A DNA stretch of 32,000 nucleotides from Mycobacterium leprae TN (GTDB lineage: Bacteria > Actinomycetota > Actinomycetes > Mycobacteriales > Mycobacteriaceae), in the NCBI RefSeq assembly GCF_000195855.1, contig NC_002677.1:1230001-1262000 (forward strand), in the 5' to 3' direction. Position 1 is the first letter of the stretch. The number at the start of each line of letters is the position of its first letter. Made by a program: the position numbers and the translations under genes. Under the pieces are notes generated by a model. The model made no database searches, had not been told where the DNA came from, and saw only the letters and a list, made by a program, of their open reading frames with translations. This document shows positions 9,061 to 20,674 of this stretch, piece by piece.

Positions 9061-9243
9061 GCCCGCAGCGTATGTCGAATTCGCAGCGTGGTCAGGCAGG
9101 CGCGCTTAGTGTGGCGACGGCGAGCGGTTGGTACCAGCGGTGCGAGTAAGGGGCCACGTAATTAGCCTCGGCGCAGCGACCTGCGGTCGTGGCCTGGTGA
9201 CCATCGCGACACGCTCCATAAATCTCGAAGCGACGAACATCAC

Positions 9244-9265
9244 ATTCGCGGTGTGCACCGCGAAT
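9244..9265. promoter_or_regulatory. perfect 22-bp palindrome ATTCGCGGTG-TG-CACCGCGAAT in the Rv1220c-like / sigE divergent intergenic region
   Basis: The 10-bp arms are exact reverse complements with a 2-nt centre. The site lies about 95-115 bp upstream of the sigE start. Its function as an operator or hairpin is unknown. Confidence 0.3.
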
Positions 9266-9296
9266 TCTGCTGTGCAGCGCTGTTCAAGCTATGGTT

Positions 9297-9315
9297 TCTC
9301 AGGTAAACCGCAGTT
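9297..9315 (+). promoter_or_regulatory. tandem 8-bp half-sites TCTCAGGT-aaa-CCGCAGTT (MprA-box-like architecture)
   Basis: Two related octamers are separated by 3 nt, about 45 bp upstream of the sigE start. This is the layout I recall for MprA boxes. The M. tuberculosis sigE P2 promoter is reported to be MprAB-dependent. This is a pattern-level match only. Confidence 0.3.
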
Positions 9316-9357
9316 TGCTCCTATATCGCGTATACGCCGATGGGTGACGGTATCGGT

Positions 9358-10131
9358 ATGGAACGTGAAGGGCGCTGGACCGGGAATACACAGTGCCCAT
9401 TGCGTGTTGTGCCGGGTGACGAATCGCCTACCCTCGACGGAAGAGCAAGTCCGGAGGATCTGATTATCACCAACTTGTTGAGCCCGACCATAATGTCTCA
9501 TCCCCCACCCAGCCGAGACGACGACTGGGTAGAACCATTTGACGCGTTGCAGGGCACCGCGGTATTCGACGCGACTGGGGACAAGGCAACGATGCCGTCG
9601 TGGGAGGAATTGGTGCGTCAACACGCGGCTCGGGTATATTGGCTAGCTTATCGCCTTTCAGGCAACCAGCACGACGCTGAGGACTTGACGCAAGAGACCT
9701 TCATTCGAGTGTTCCGATCGGTCCAGAACTACCAGCCAGGAACCTTTGAGGGATGGCTGCATCGCATCACGACGAATCTGTTCCTTGATATGGTCCGTCG
9801 GCGTGCCCGTATCCGCATGGACGCCTTGCCCGATGATTACGACCGGGTACCTGCCGACGAGCCCAATCCCGAGCAGATCTATCACGATTCGAGGCTGGGA
9901 CCTGATCTACAGGCTGCCTTAGATTCACTGCCGCCGGAATTTCGTGCCGCTGTCGTGCTGTGTGACATCGAAGGTTTGTCCTACGAGGAGATCGGTGCAA
10001 CCTTGGGTGTGAAGCTGGGCACCGTACGTAGCCGCATACACCGCGGCCGGCAGGCGCTACGCGACTACCTCCTAACCGCGCATCCCAGAGACGGTGCCAC
10101 CACCGACGCTACGCACGTTAAGTCGGCGTAG
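9358..10131 (+). CDS. sigE: ECF RNA polymerase sigma factor SigE
   Basis: Region 2 ([18 protein letters not shown]) and region 4 ([29 protein letters not shown]) are present. The sequence is near-identical in layout to M. tuberculosis SigE as recalled. ATG 9358 gives 257 aa. The ORF track starts at 9340, and a downstream ATG at 9493 would give a short isoform. Confidence 0.9.
   Translation: MEREGRWTGNTQCPLRVVPGDESPTLDGRASPEDLIITNLLSPTIMSHPPPSRDDDWVEPFDALQGTAVFDATGDKATMPSWEELVRQHAARVYWLAYRLSGNQHDAEDLTQETFIRVFRSVQNYQPGTFEGWLHRITTNLFLDMVRRRARIRMDALPDDYDRVPADEPNPEQIYHDSRLGPDLQAALDSLPPEFRAAVVLCDIEGLSYEEIGATLGVKLGTVRSRIHRGRQALRDYLLTAHPRDGATTDATHVKSA
9383..9408 (+). promoter_or_regulatory. SigH/SigE-type ECF promoter GGAATA-N17-GTT inside the 5' end of the long sigE ORF
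   Basis: GGAATA lies at 9383-9388 and GTT at 9406-9408. The site falls in codons for [10 protein letters not shown], the same place where the M. tuberculosis sigE sequence (GNTESQLCVA) would hold its SigH-dependent GGAACA...GTT promoter. Confidence 0.5.
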
Positions 10132-10280
10132 TATCCCCCATTCTCCAAAGACATCGTTCTGTGGTGTCCAGGAGGAACTGGCCGGGCCAAAATAATACTG
10201 AGGTTTGCCGGCGTTATACGAGTATTGGGCACTACGCCGCGCTACATTCTAGGTATGGGCGGCAGTGAAAGGGGCTGGTG

Positions 10281-10697
10281 ATGGCCGACCGCGGGCAGGT
10301 GTTCCGGCGCGTGTTCTCTTGGCTCCCTGCTCAATTTGCGTCCCAGAACGATGCGCCAGTAGGCGCGCCACGGCGGTTCGGCTCCACCGAACATCTGTCC
10401 GTCGAGGCGATCGCGGCGTTTGTCGATGGTGAGTTGCGAATGAACGCGCACTTGCGCGCTGCGCATCACATTTCGCTCTGCGCTCAATGCGCGGCCGAAG
10501 TCGATGATCAAAGCCGAACGCGTGCAGCGCTGCGTGACTCTCACCCGATTCGCATCCCGAGCACGTTATTCGGATTACTGACTGCAATTCCGCGCTGTTC
10601 GCCTGACTACACATCGCCGGTCTCTGAGCCCTTTTCGGAAGGATCAGTATCCGACCGTTTCGTTGATGGCGTTGCCCGTGAACAGGGTAAACGCTGA
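10281..10697 (+). CDS. rseA: anti-sigma-E factor RseA (zinc-associated anti-sigma family)
   Basis: MADRGQVFRRVFSWLPAQFASQ, the ZAS motif HHISLCAQC (H-x3-C-x2-C), and DSHPIRIPSTL are present. It lies immediately downstream of sigE. The start is ATG 10281, one codon after GTG 10278. Confidence 0.85.
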   Translation: MADRGQVFRRVFSWLPAQFASQNDAPVGAPRRFGSTEHLSVEAIAAFVDGELRMNAHLRAAHHISLCAQCAAEVDDQSRTRAALRDSHPIRIPSTLFGLLTAIPRCSPDYTSPVSEPFSEGSVSDRFVDGVAREQGKR

Positions 10698-10747
10698 TAG
10701 CTTGACAGCTAAGTTACCGAGTTCAGGTGATAGCTGCTGGCGTGTGA

Positions 10748-12372
<1,625 letters not shown>

Positions 12373-12373
<1 letters not shown>

Positions 12374-12735
12374 TGTTCGCCAACATTGGTTGGGGGGAAA
12401 TGCTCGTCCTTGTGGTCGTCGGGCTGGTGGTGCTTGGCCCGGAACGGTTTCCCGGAGCCATCCGCTGGACGTTGGGCGCACTGCGGCAGACGCGCGATTA
12501 CCTCAGCGGTGTGACCAACCAGCTGCGCGAGGACATTGGCCCCGAGTTCGACGATCTGCGTGGCCAATTCGGGGAGCTACAGAAGTTGCGGGGTATGACA
12601 CCCCGTGCAGCGCTTACCAAGCACCTCCTCGACGGCGATGACTCCCTGTTTACGGGGAACTTCGACCGGCCTGCTGCGGCTAAACAACAGGACCGCGACC
12701 ATCACCAGACGCCATTCGATACTGATGCGACCTGA
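12373..12735 (+). CDS. tatB: twin-arginine translocase subunit TatB
   Basis: [27 protein letters not shown] is the TatA/B N-terminal helix-hinge signature, followed by an amphipathic helix. The GTG start overlaps the htrA stop (TAGTG). Confidence 0.85.
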
Positions 12736-12767
12736 TTTTAGCTTCACTTGCTGCAAGATTGTTGAAT

Positions 12768-12813
12768 TGTACTTTGTGTGCATGTTCTGTTGTGGGGGTG
12801 GAGTAAAGGGTGG
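12768..12813. repeat. left terminal inverted repeat (46 bp) of the IS30-like relic
   Basis: tgtactttgtgtgcatgttctgttgtgggggtggagtaaagggtgg is the exact reverse complement of 13645-13690. Confidence 0.95.
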
Positions 12814-13644
12814 CGGTGTGTTGCAGTGTTGTGAGTTGATGTGATCGATCGTTAACCGTTCGTTTGGGTTGGGTGGGGGTGGGGATCGTGCGTGAGATCA
12901 CCAGCAAGGGTGGGGCCCGCGTGTTTGCGGGTTGCTTTGGGGGTTGCACTGATTCGACACCAACTATGCTGGCTAAGACGCTCAATCGGGTTACTGAGCT
13001 TGTATTGCTTAGCTATGCAGTGAGCAGTGGGCCCAGTGGCTTTAAAGGCCGGCAAGGTGAGCGTTGTGGGCAGCTGCGTACGGAGATAGACATGTGTGCT
13101 GGCCAAGAAGTACAGTCCCGAACAAATTGTGGGGGTGTTGGCCCAAAACCTATCCCGACCGGCCCGAAAGATGCAGGTGTCCTATAAAACACTTCAACAT
13201 CGAGTCCAAGCTCAACCAACATGTGCGCACTGGGTGGATGTTCCGCACGCTGAGGGCACAGCACGCTAAAACCGGGCACCACCATTATTCTCTAGGTATG
13301 GCCACCACCAGTGCACGTCCCGCGAAAACTACACGACCGTGTGGTGCTCTAACCTCATAGCATTGGGCGGATGATGTAATCATCGGCAAAAATTAGACCC
13401 CCAAATCGGCGCCCTGGCCGAACACAAGTAGCGGATTCGTGCAGCTGCTACACCTATCCAAGGACCACAGCACTGATGTGATCACTGCGGCCATGATCAA
13501 CCACAAGACAACGCCCTACCACAGAATCGCTGTACAACCCCAGCGTGAGACCAAGACCTCGAAACGACTCTCATACCCGCATCACCACGGCATCGATACC
13601 GACCTTTGCGACCTGACGCACCGACCCGCCAATACACTGACCCA

Positions 13645-13690
13645 CCACCCTTTACTCCACCCCCACAACAGAACATGCACACAAAGTACA
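13645..13690. repeat. right terminal inverted repeat (46 bp) of the IS30-like relic
   Basis: ccaccctttactccacccccacaacagaacatgcacacaaagtaca is the exact reverse complement of 12768-12813. Confidence 0.95.
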
Positions 13691-13754
13691 AGTCAACAGT
13701 TACATTTCGACGAATGTGAACCGCCGACGAACTTGCCAGTGCGACTCCTTAGCG

Positions 13755-14906
13755 TTAGCGCCGCGACGGGTCGAGCCCCAGTGACACCCCTGCCAGTCTG
13801 CGCTGCCGCGATGACAATCCGTCGGCGATGCGGAGCAGTTCCTTGCCTACCGGCGAGTCGGACGCGTTCAACACGATTGGTATACCCGAATCACCGGCGG
13901 CCACCAGCGCGGGGTCCAGCGGGATCTGACCCAGCAGCGGCACGTCGGTGCCGACTGCACGTGAGAGCCGCTCGGCGACTTGTTGGCCTCCGCCTTCGCC
14001 AAATACTTGTAGTCTTGAGCCGTCCGGCATCATAAGTCCCGACATGTTCTCCACGACACCGACAATACGTTGGCGGGTCTGTAGGGCGATGCTGCCGGCT
14101 CGTTCGGCTACCTCGGCTGCGGCCAGCTGTGGCGTGGTCACCACGAGAATCTCGGCGTTCGGGATTAACTGAGCTACCGAGATGGCGATGTCGCCGGTGC
14201 CCGGCGGCAGATCGAGCATCAGCACGTCCAGATCGCCCCAATACACGTCGGATAGAAACTGCTGCAATGCCCGGTGCAGCATTGGCCCGCGCCATATTAC
14301 CGGCGTGTTGCCCTCGGTGAACTGGCCTATCGAGATGACTTTTACCTCGTGGACGATAGGCGGTAAAATCATTGACTCAAGCTGTATAGGTCGCTGGTTG
14401 CTACCCATCATCCGGGGGATGGAGTGGCCGTGGATGTCGGCGTCGAGAACCCCGACCGCCAGGCCGCGGGCAGCAATCGCCGTGGCTAGGTTGACGGTGA
14501 CGGTGGACTTTCCGACTCCTCCCTTGCCGGATGCCACTGTATACACTCGGGTCAGCGAGTTGGGTTGAGCGAACGGGATCATCGGTTCACGGGCATCACC
14601 GCGTAACTTTTTGCGCAACTTGGTGCGCTGCTCGTCGCTCATCACGTCCAGACTGACCTCCACTGCCGCGGTGCCGGGAACGTCAGCAATAGCCTTGGTG
14701 ACGCGTTTACTGATTTCGGATTTTTTCGGGCAGCTAGCGATGGTCAGGTAAATCCCTACCTGTACGTTGCCACCCGGCTCGATGTCGATGTTTTTGACCA
14801 TCCCGAGTTCAGTGATGGGGCGCTGTAGTTCGGGGTCGATCACTTTTGCCAGCGCTGTGCTGACCGCCGATTTCAGGTCGGCAGCGTTACGATCAGTTCT
14901 AGACAT
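13755..14906 (-). CDS. mrp: Mrp/ApbC-type Fe-S cluster carrier ATPase (DUF59 N-domain plus ParA/MinD-like P-loop)
   Basis: MSRTDRNAADLKSAVSTALAKVIDPEL opens the DUF59 domain. The deviant Walker A VASGKGGVGKST and the segment MLDLPPGTGD follow. ATG 14906 gives 383 aa, and the ORF-track start at 15062 adds a non-conserved extension. Confidence 0.9.
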   Translation of the reverse strand: MSRTDRNAADLKSAVSTALAKVIDPELQRPITELGMVKNIDIEPGGNVQVGIYLTIASCPKKSEISKRVTKAIADVPGTAAVEVSLDVMSDEQRTKLRKKLRGDAREPMIPFAQPNSLTRVYTVASGKGGVGKSTVTVNLATAIAARGLAVGVLDADIHGHSIPRMMGSNQRPIQLESMILPPIVHEVKVISIGQFTEGNTPVIWRGPMLHRALQQFLSDVYWGDLDVLMLDLPPGTGDIAISVAQLIPNAEILVVTTPQLAAAEVAERAGSIALQTRQRIVGVVENMSGLMMPDGSRLQVFGEGGGQQVAERLSRAVGTDVPLLGQIPLDPALVAAGDSGIPIVLNASDSPVGKELLRIADGLSSRQRRLAGVSLGLDPSRR

Positions 14907-15699
14907 CACAGCCGAGTGTAGGTGGCTCGACGTTCGCTCGGCCCGCCGAGTAGTCAGTTGGCCGGAGCGGGCGCCGAGCTCGATGGGTCGATGCAGATCA
15001 GTGTGGCAGCAAGGCAGTGGCGCTACTGGTTGCGATGTGCCGGGTGCCAGCCACGAACACACATTGGCGGCTGCCTAACGGGCTTGAAGTCGATCAGTGG
15101 CAGCTGGGCTATCGGATCCTCGTTAATCGGCTGTGTCGTTGACGTTCAACGGCAGTCTAGGGCCGAGTCCATCCGGACGTTCGAGGTGTGCGTCGCCAAG
15201 TAGCGACACCGGCTCGGTGATTGGCAGCAGATCCACCAGGTGACGCCGGTGGCATAGGTCGCGACCCAACCCAGCACGTTCTGTGCGTATGTCGCCGAGT
15301 TGAGTGCTTGTAGCATAAGACCCCGACGAATAACCTGCGGTAGATGGCGCAGGTTGGTCCCGTCGCTGCATAGGTACCGGGCAGTGGCCAGTGTGGAAGT
15401 CTGAACAGATTTTGTGGATCGGCTGTGCCCGGCCGATGCCGTGGCCTTTGACGTCGAAGGCGTATCGTGCTCCGGACGTAGGCACCCGCGTTGTTCGACG
15501 CGCCTGCTACTGCACTGCTGCGACGGCCGGATTTGCACCCCAGCGTTCCCTTATGCGCACGCAAACTATCCTCAGTGCGCTGTGGGCAACCACATCTTCT
15601 AACCTATTACTTAGTCTCATGAACAAATTTACCGTACATAACACAATTCTTGTGACCGGAGTAGCGCAATGAGGGCGTGGTTCTCACCTGGATTTCTTC

Positions 15700-16230
15700 G
15701 TGCGCCGATCGATGCCGTCACCGGTCTGGATCGGCTCGATACACGAGTCTTTTAGTGCTTGATGTGGGTATTCGCGCGTCCTGACCTTGCCGATAGCTGG
15801 CCACAAAGTAGCCAGTTAGCGGGTAAAATACTCGGTGTCGAACTTGGTGTGCGCAGCGTTACGACGATCTTCTTCGAGTGCAACTCGGTCTCGGTTCTCT
15901 TAACGATTCTGGGCTAGCCGAATGAGCGGTGCCGCGTAGGCGGCTTGTGTGGAGAAAAGCCAGGTTGAGCACGATTAATAGGGTATGGATCCCAGCGCCA
16001 CTTGAGTGCGAACAGATTCAATGCGACCCACAACAACACCACGATTGTGTGCAGCAGCAGATAGCAGCCGGTGCTAAAGAAACGCGCGATTGACTCGGTG
16101 ATGTGCTCGGACGGTCTCGGCGGCCCAACTCGGTGGCAACCTGCGCGATGTTCGTGTGGTAAGCATCGTAGCGGGGGGACTTCCGCATAAGGATCCCTCC
16201 TGGTGCACCGGTGGATTCCGTCCTCTGAGA
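15700..16230 (-). pseudogene. DUF1003 membrane protein remnant (Rv1231c-like); boundaries approximate
   Basis: ITESIARFFSTGCYLLLHTIVVLLWVALN...WDPYP (WDPYP encoded at 15980-15994) is the DUF1003 core. The expected continuation LLIVLNLAF / STQAAYAAPLIRLAQNR is split over two other frames and hits an in-frame TAA at 15900-15902. Confidence 0.55.
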
Positions 16231-16838
16231 GCTCTGGCACATCCACGCGCCAATCGTAAGGCAGAAGATGGTCGAACAGGTCGGTCCACGCTCACCTCTA
16301 CCGAAAGGTGATTTTGGTTGTCTAGCACCGGCCCGTGTAACAGGGCGCAGGCGGCCAGGTACCGGGTCACCGGGACCAAGGAAGTCTCCGGTGTCAGCGT
16401 AGGTGTAGGTAGTTGAGTGTTGATAATTCCACGGACTAGCTTGGCTGCCGCTTTGCGGAGCAGCCGTTAAAGGTGTACGTAGCCTAGGTAGACACCCGGT
16501 AAGGTGTGGCTGTGGGCGGGTTGGGCTACGAACACCATTGACGACAGCGTGGGGGAAGGTCGGAATCATCGCTGCCACCCGCAGAATCAGGATGAAAATG
16601 CTGCGGCTGGTCGCCCAATTGGCGGCCAATCCCAGGATTCGTGGTTGCTGGTGTACGATACTTATGCTGATCACGACATCACGGATTCGCCTGCAGGATT
16701 CGTCAAGTGGGCCCAATACCAACATCCGCGAGAGCAGCGCCATATGCACCTTATTGACCGATCCCATGCCGGTAGAGCGCAAGCAGCCGCGTCCCAGATA
16801 GGCAGTTGCCCGGATCGGTATGGTAGTACCACACAGGC

Positions 16839-17465
16839 TTAGTGCGAATGCAGCGCGAATACTGCGACGGTCAAACTCACCAGCAGGGTCGCGATCCCGA
16901 TCACTATGCCGGCAACGGCTAGGCCGTAGCCTTCTTGGCGAGTCCGCTTGGTCTGCTCGAGGGCGATGGCGCCGAGCACGATGGCCAGGATCGAGCCTAT
17001 GCAGCACACCAACCCGGCGAACGAGGATATTAGCGAGGCGATCGCCATCACGTTCATTCCTGGCTGTGTTGCTCCGTAACCCCCCAGGTAATTCGGCGGA
17101 TAGTAGCCCCCCGGATAGTTGCCTGGATATTCACCCGGATGCCAAAGTGACCCAGGACCATGGCCAGTTGCAGGTGTGCCAAATTGCGGCGGTGGGTAGG
17201 GCGGCCCACCATAGCTTAGCGGTTGTCCGTATCCCGGTGGGGTGGGCGCTATGGGTTCTGGATAGTCGGTCGGAAGGTCCGACGGATAGCCTGGAGGAAC
17301 ATCAGGTAGCGGATATGTCGCGTGCGTGTGATCGGCTGCGTGCGGTGGTGCGGTCGGATGCCAGGGGCCACCCCAAACCGGCTGTCTTGGGGGCCTCGTA
17401 ACGGCTGGCGGGTTCGCCTCATCTTCGTGGGCACTCTCGCCGAAGGCGTCGCCGGGAGCTGTCAT
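16839..17465 (-). CDS. proline/glycine/tyrosine-rich membrane protein with C-terminal DUF4190 domain (Rv1233c-like)
   Basis: The frame is uninterrupted. A low-complexity PPGYP/GGYYPP region precedes two TM helices (MAIASLISSFAGLVCCIGSILAIVLGAIAL and LAVAGIVIGIATLLVSLTVAVFAL). The start is uncertain among ATG 17465, ATG 17477 and TTG 17510. Confidence 0.7.
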   Translation of the reverse strand: MTAPGDAFGESAHEDEANPPAVTRPPRQPVWGGPWHPTAPPHAADHTHATYPLPDVPPGYPSDLPTDYPEPIAPTPPGYGQPLSYGGPPYPPPQFGTPATGHGPGSLWHPGEYPGNYPGGYYPPNYLGGYGATQPGMNVMAIASLISSFAGLVCCIGSILAIVLGAIALEQTKRTRQEGYGLAVAGIVIGIATLLVSLTVAVFALHSH

Positions 17466-18172
17466 GCTGTTAAACATTAGCCTATGCGCTATCGGTGGCT
17501 GCGGTCGCAAATCGAAGGCGGTAGCGGATGATTCGACGGGTTGGTGAGACGGCGTGGTGTCGGGTCAGCACTGGATCCACAACTACGGGTGTGCTCTGCG
17601 TGCCGTGGGGCCTGGCACTGAAAGCGAGGGATGTCATGTTTGATTAAAGTAAAGGTTGTCTTGTCTGCAGGTTTCTCTGGAGAGTGTGGAAGTGTTCAGA
17701 TGAAACGATGGTCCAGGAATGAGAGGGCAGAGGAGAATGTGAGCATCGATGACTAGCCTTTTCCGTCTGGACAGGTTCCTGCGACGACGGGCGCGGGTCG
17801 CCTTGACAGGCCCGGGTTACCGACTTCGCCCAAAGGCTGGCCTGTCGGGCCGTAGCTGAAGCTATGCCGAAGAAAAGCAGGTCATTCACTAGCAACTATC
17901 CGAAAAGTAATTCTCGGTTCAGCAGGTGACCATTGTTGGTGTCGACCGCATGTGCAGATGGAATGGGTTACATGTCAGTTAACATGGGCAAAAGTACTTG
18001 GGTGACGGCGTACTGAGCGGGCCCTGGCTTGGTTTGTTTATCGGGTTGGTTTTTGGCTTCTATTTTTTTAGTCCTAATCCGTGTGTGACGTTGACCACTA
18101 GTTTGGTCGCCAGTGTGTTTTCGGTTGATGACTTCCGCAGTTCCCTACGCAATGACCCGTGGTACAAGGAAT

Positions 18173-18211
18173 TTCAGTTTCACTTTACACCAACTTCAGT
18201 TTGACTTTACA
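18173..18211. repeat. tandem direct repeat, 17-bp unit TTCAGTTT(C/G)ACTTTACA x2 with a 22-bp period
   Basis: Unit 1 is 18173-18189 and unit 2 is 18195-18211, with one mismatch. The repeat is AT-rich and lies about 115 bp upstream of the lpqY start. Confidence 0.9.
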
Positions 18212-18282
18212 ATTTTTAGTGGCCGACCGCTACAACGTACTCTGCTATCCGGACAATGCGGAGAAGGCGCGCGATCTGCTGA

Positions 18283-19731
<1,449 letters not shown>

Positions 19732-19759
19732 CCGTCTGCTTGTGGGGAGAGCAGCGGCT

Positions 19760-20674
19760 ATGACAGCGGTGGTCGGCAAGTCGTGGCACGTGCGCGCCAG
19801 CAGTGTGCAGCCAGAACAGCGACTGGCGTTTCTTCTGGTTACGCCCGCGGCGATGTTGATGCTGGTGGTGACGGCCTATCCTATCGGATACGCGGTCTGG
19901 CTGAGTCTGCAACGTTACAGCTTGGCGACCCCGAACGAGACTGTGTTTATCGGTTTAGGCAACTACCAAACAATCTTGACCGACCCGTATTGGTGGACGG
20001 CACTTGCGGTGACTTTGGCGATCACTGTGGTTTCAGTGTCGATCGAATTCATTCTGGGCCTGATGCTGGCGCTGGTGATGCACCGCACCCTCCTCGGCAA
20101 GAGCCTGGTGCGCATCGCGGTGCTCATCCCTTACAGCATCGTCACGGTGGTCGCGTCATACAGTTGGTATTATGCCTGGACGCCGGGCACCGGATATTTG
20201 GCGAGCCTGCTGCCCCAAGGTAGTGTGCCGTTGACCGAACAGATCCCGTCTTTGAGCATAGTTATCATCGTGGAGGTCTGGAAGACTACCCCGTTCATGT
20301 CGTTGTTGTTACTGGTCGGGTTGGCACTGGTTCCTGAGGATTTGCTTAAAGCTGCGCAGATGGATGGCGCTGGTGCGTGGCGGCGGCTGACCAAGATCAT
20401 CTTGCCGATCATTAAGCCGGCGGTCATGGTGGCGTTGTTATTCCGGACGTTGGACGCGTTCCGCATTTTCGACAACATCTATGTGTTGACCCGAGGCGTC
20501 AACAACACCGATTCGGTATCGATCCTGGGCTACGACAACCTGTTTAAAGGATTCAACGTGGGGCTTGGCTCGGCTATCAGTGTGCTGATCTTCGGCTGCG
20601 TAGCTCTAATCGCGGTGATTTTCATCAAGGTGTTCGGTGTCGTGGCGCCCGGAGGTGACAGCAATGGGTATTGA
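19760..20674 (+). CDS. sugA: trehalose ABC importer permease SugA
   Basis: The product is a 304-aa MalF/G-type permease with six predicted TM helices and the EAA loop [30 protein letters not shown] 19760 follows the lpqY stop by 28 nt. Confidence 0.9.
   Translation: MTAVVGKSWHVRASSVQPEQRLAFLLVTPAAMLMLVVTAYPIGYAVWLSLQRYSLATPNETVFIGLGNYQTILTDPYWWTALAVTLAITVVSVSIEFILGLMLALVMHRTLLGKSLVRIAVLIPYSIVTVVASYSWYYAWTPGTGYLASLLPQGSVPLTEQIPSLSIVIIVEVWKTTPFMSLLLLVGLALVPEDLLKAAQMDGAGAWRRLTKIILPIIKPAVMVALLFRTLDAFRIFDNIYVLTRGVNNTDSVSILGYDNLFKGFNVGLGSAISVLIFGCVALIAVIFIKVFGVVAPGGDSNGY

Larger units (their letters stand above)
12761..13697 (+). mobile_element. decayed, shortened IS30-family insertion sequence bounded by long terminal inverted repeats
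   Basis: Internal transposase relics lie in shifting frames. YSPEQIVGVLAQ and TYPDRPE then MQVSYKTL start at 13111. HWADDVIIGKN (13361 onward) matches the IS30 HWEGDLIIG motif. QIGALAEHK, GFVQLLHLSKDH and GIDTDLCD follow, with several stops. The termini are inverted repeats, 46/46 identical in the core and 52/53 when extended. Confidence 0.75.

Noticed and set aside
9128-9463. 111-aa ORF spanning the sigE upstream region
   Set aside because: It crosses the intergenic promoter region and the sigE start in a different frame. It has no ribosome-binding site or family resemblance.
10702-10735. Perfect TTGACA -35 hexamer upstream of htrA as a sigma-A promoter
   Set aside because: No acceptable TANNNT -10 element lies 16-19 nt downstream. 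htrA is more simply co-transcribed with sigE-rseA.
13439-14035. 198-aa ORF on the plus strand
   Set aside because: It starts inside the IS30 relic, runs through the right terminal repeat and then lies antisense to mrp. It is a chimera of unrelated sequence and not a gene.
16018-17007. 329-aa ORF on the minus strand, the longest ORF in the decayed block
   Set aside because: It is Arg/Pro-rich and low in complexity. It overlaps the 3' end of the real DUF4190 gene out of frame and crosses DUF1003 relics that read in other frames. It is an artefact of stop-poor GC-rich sequence.
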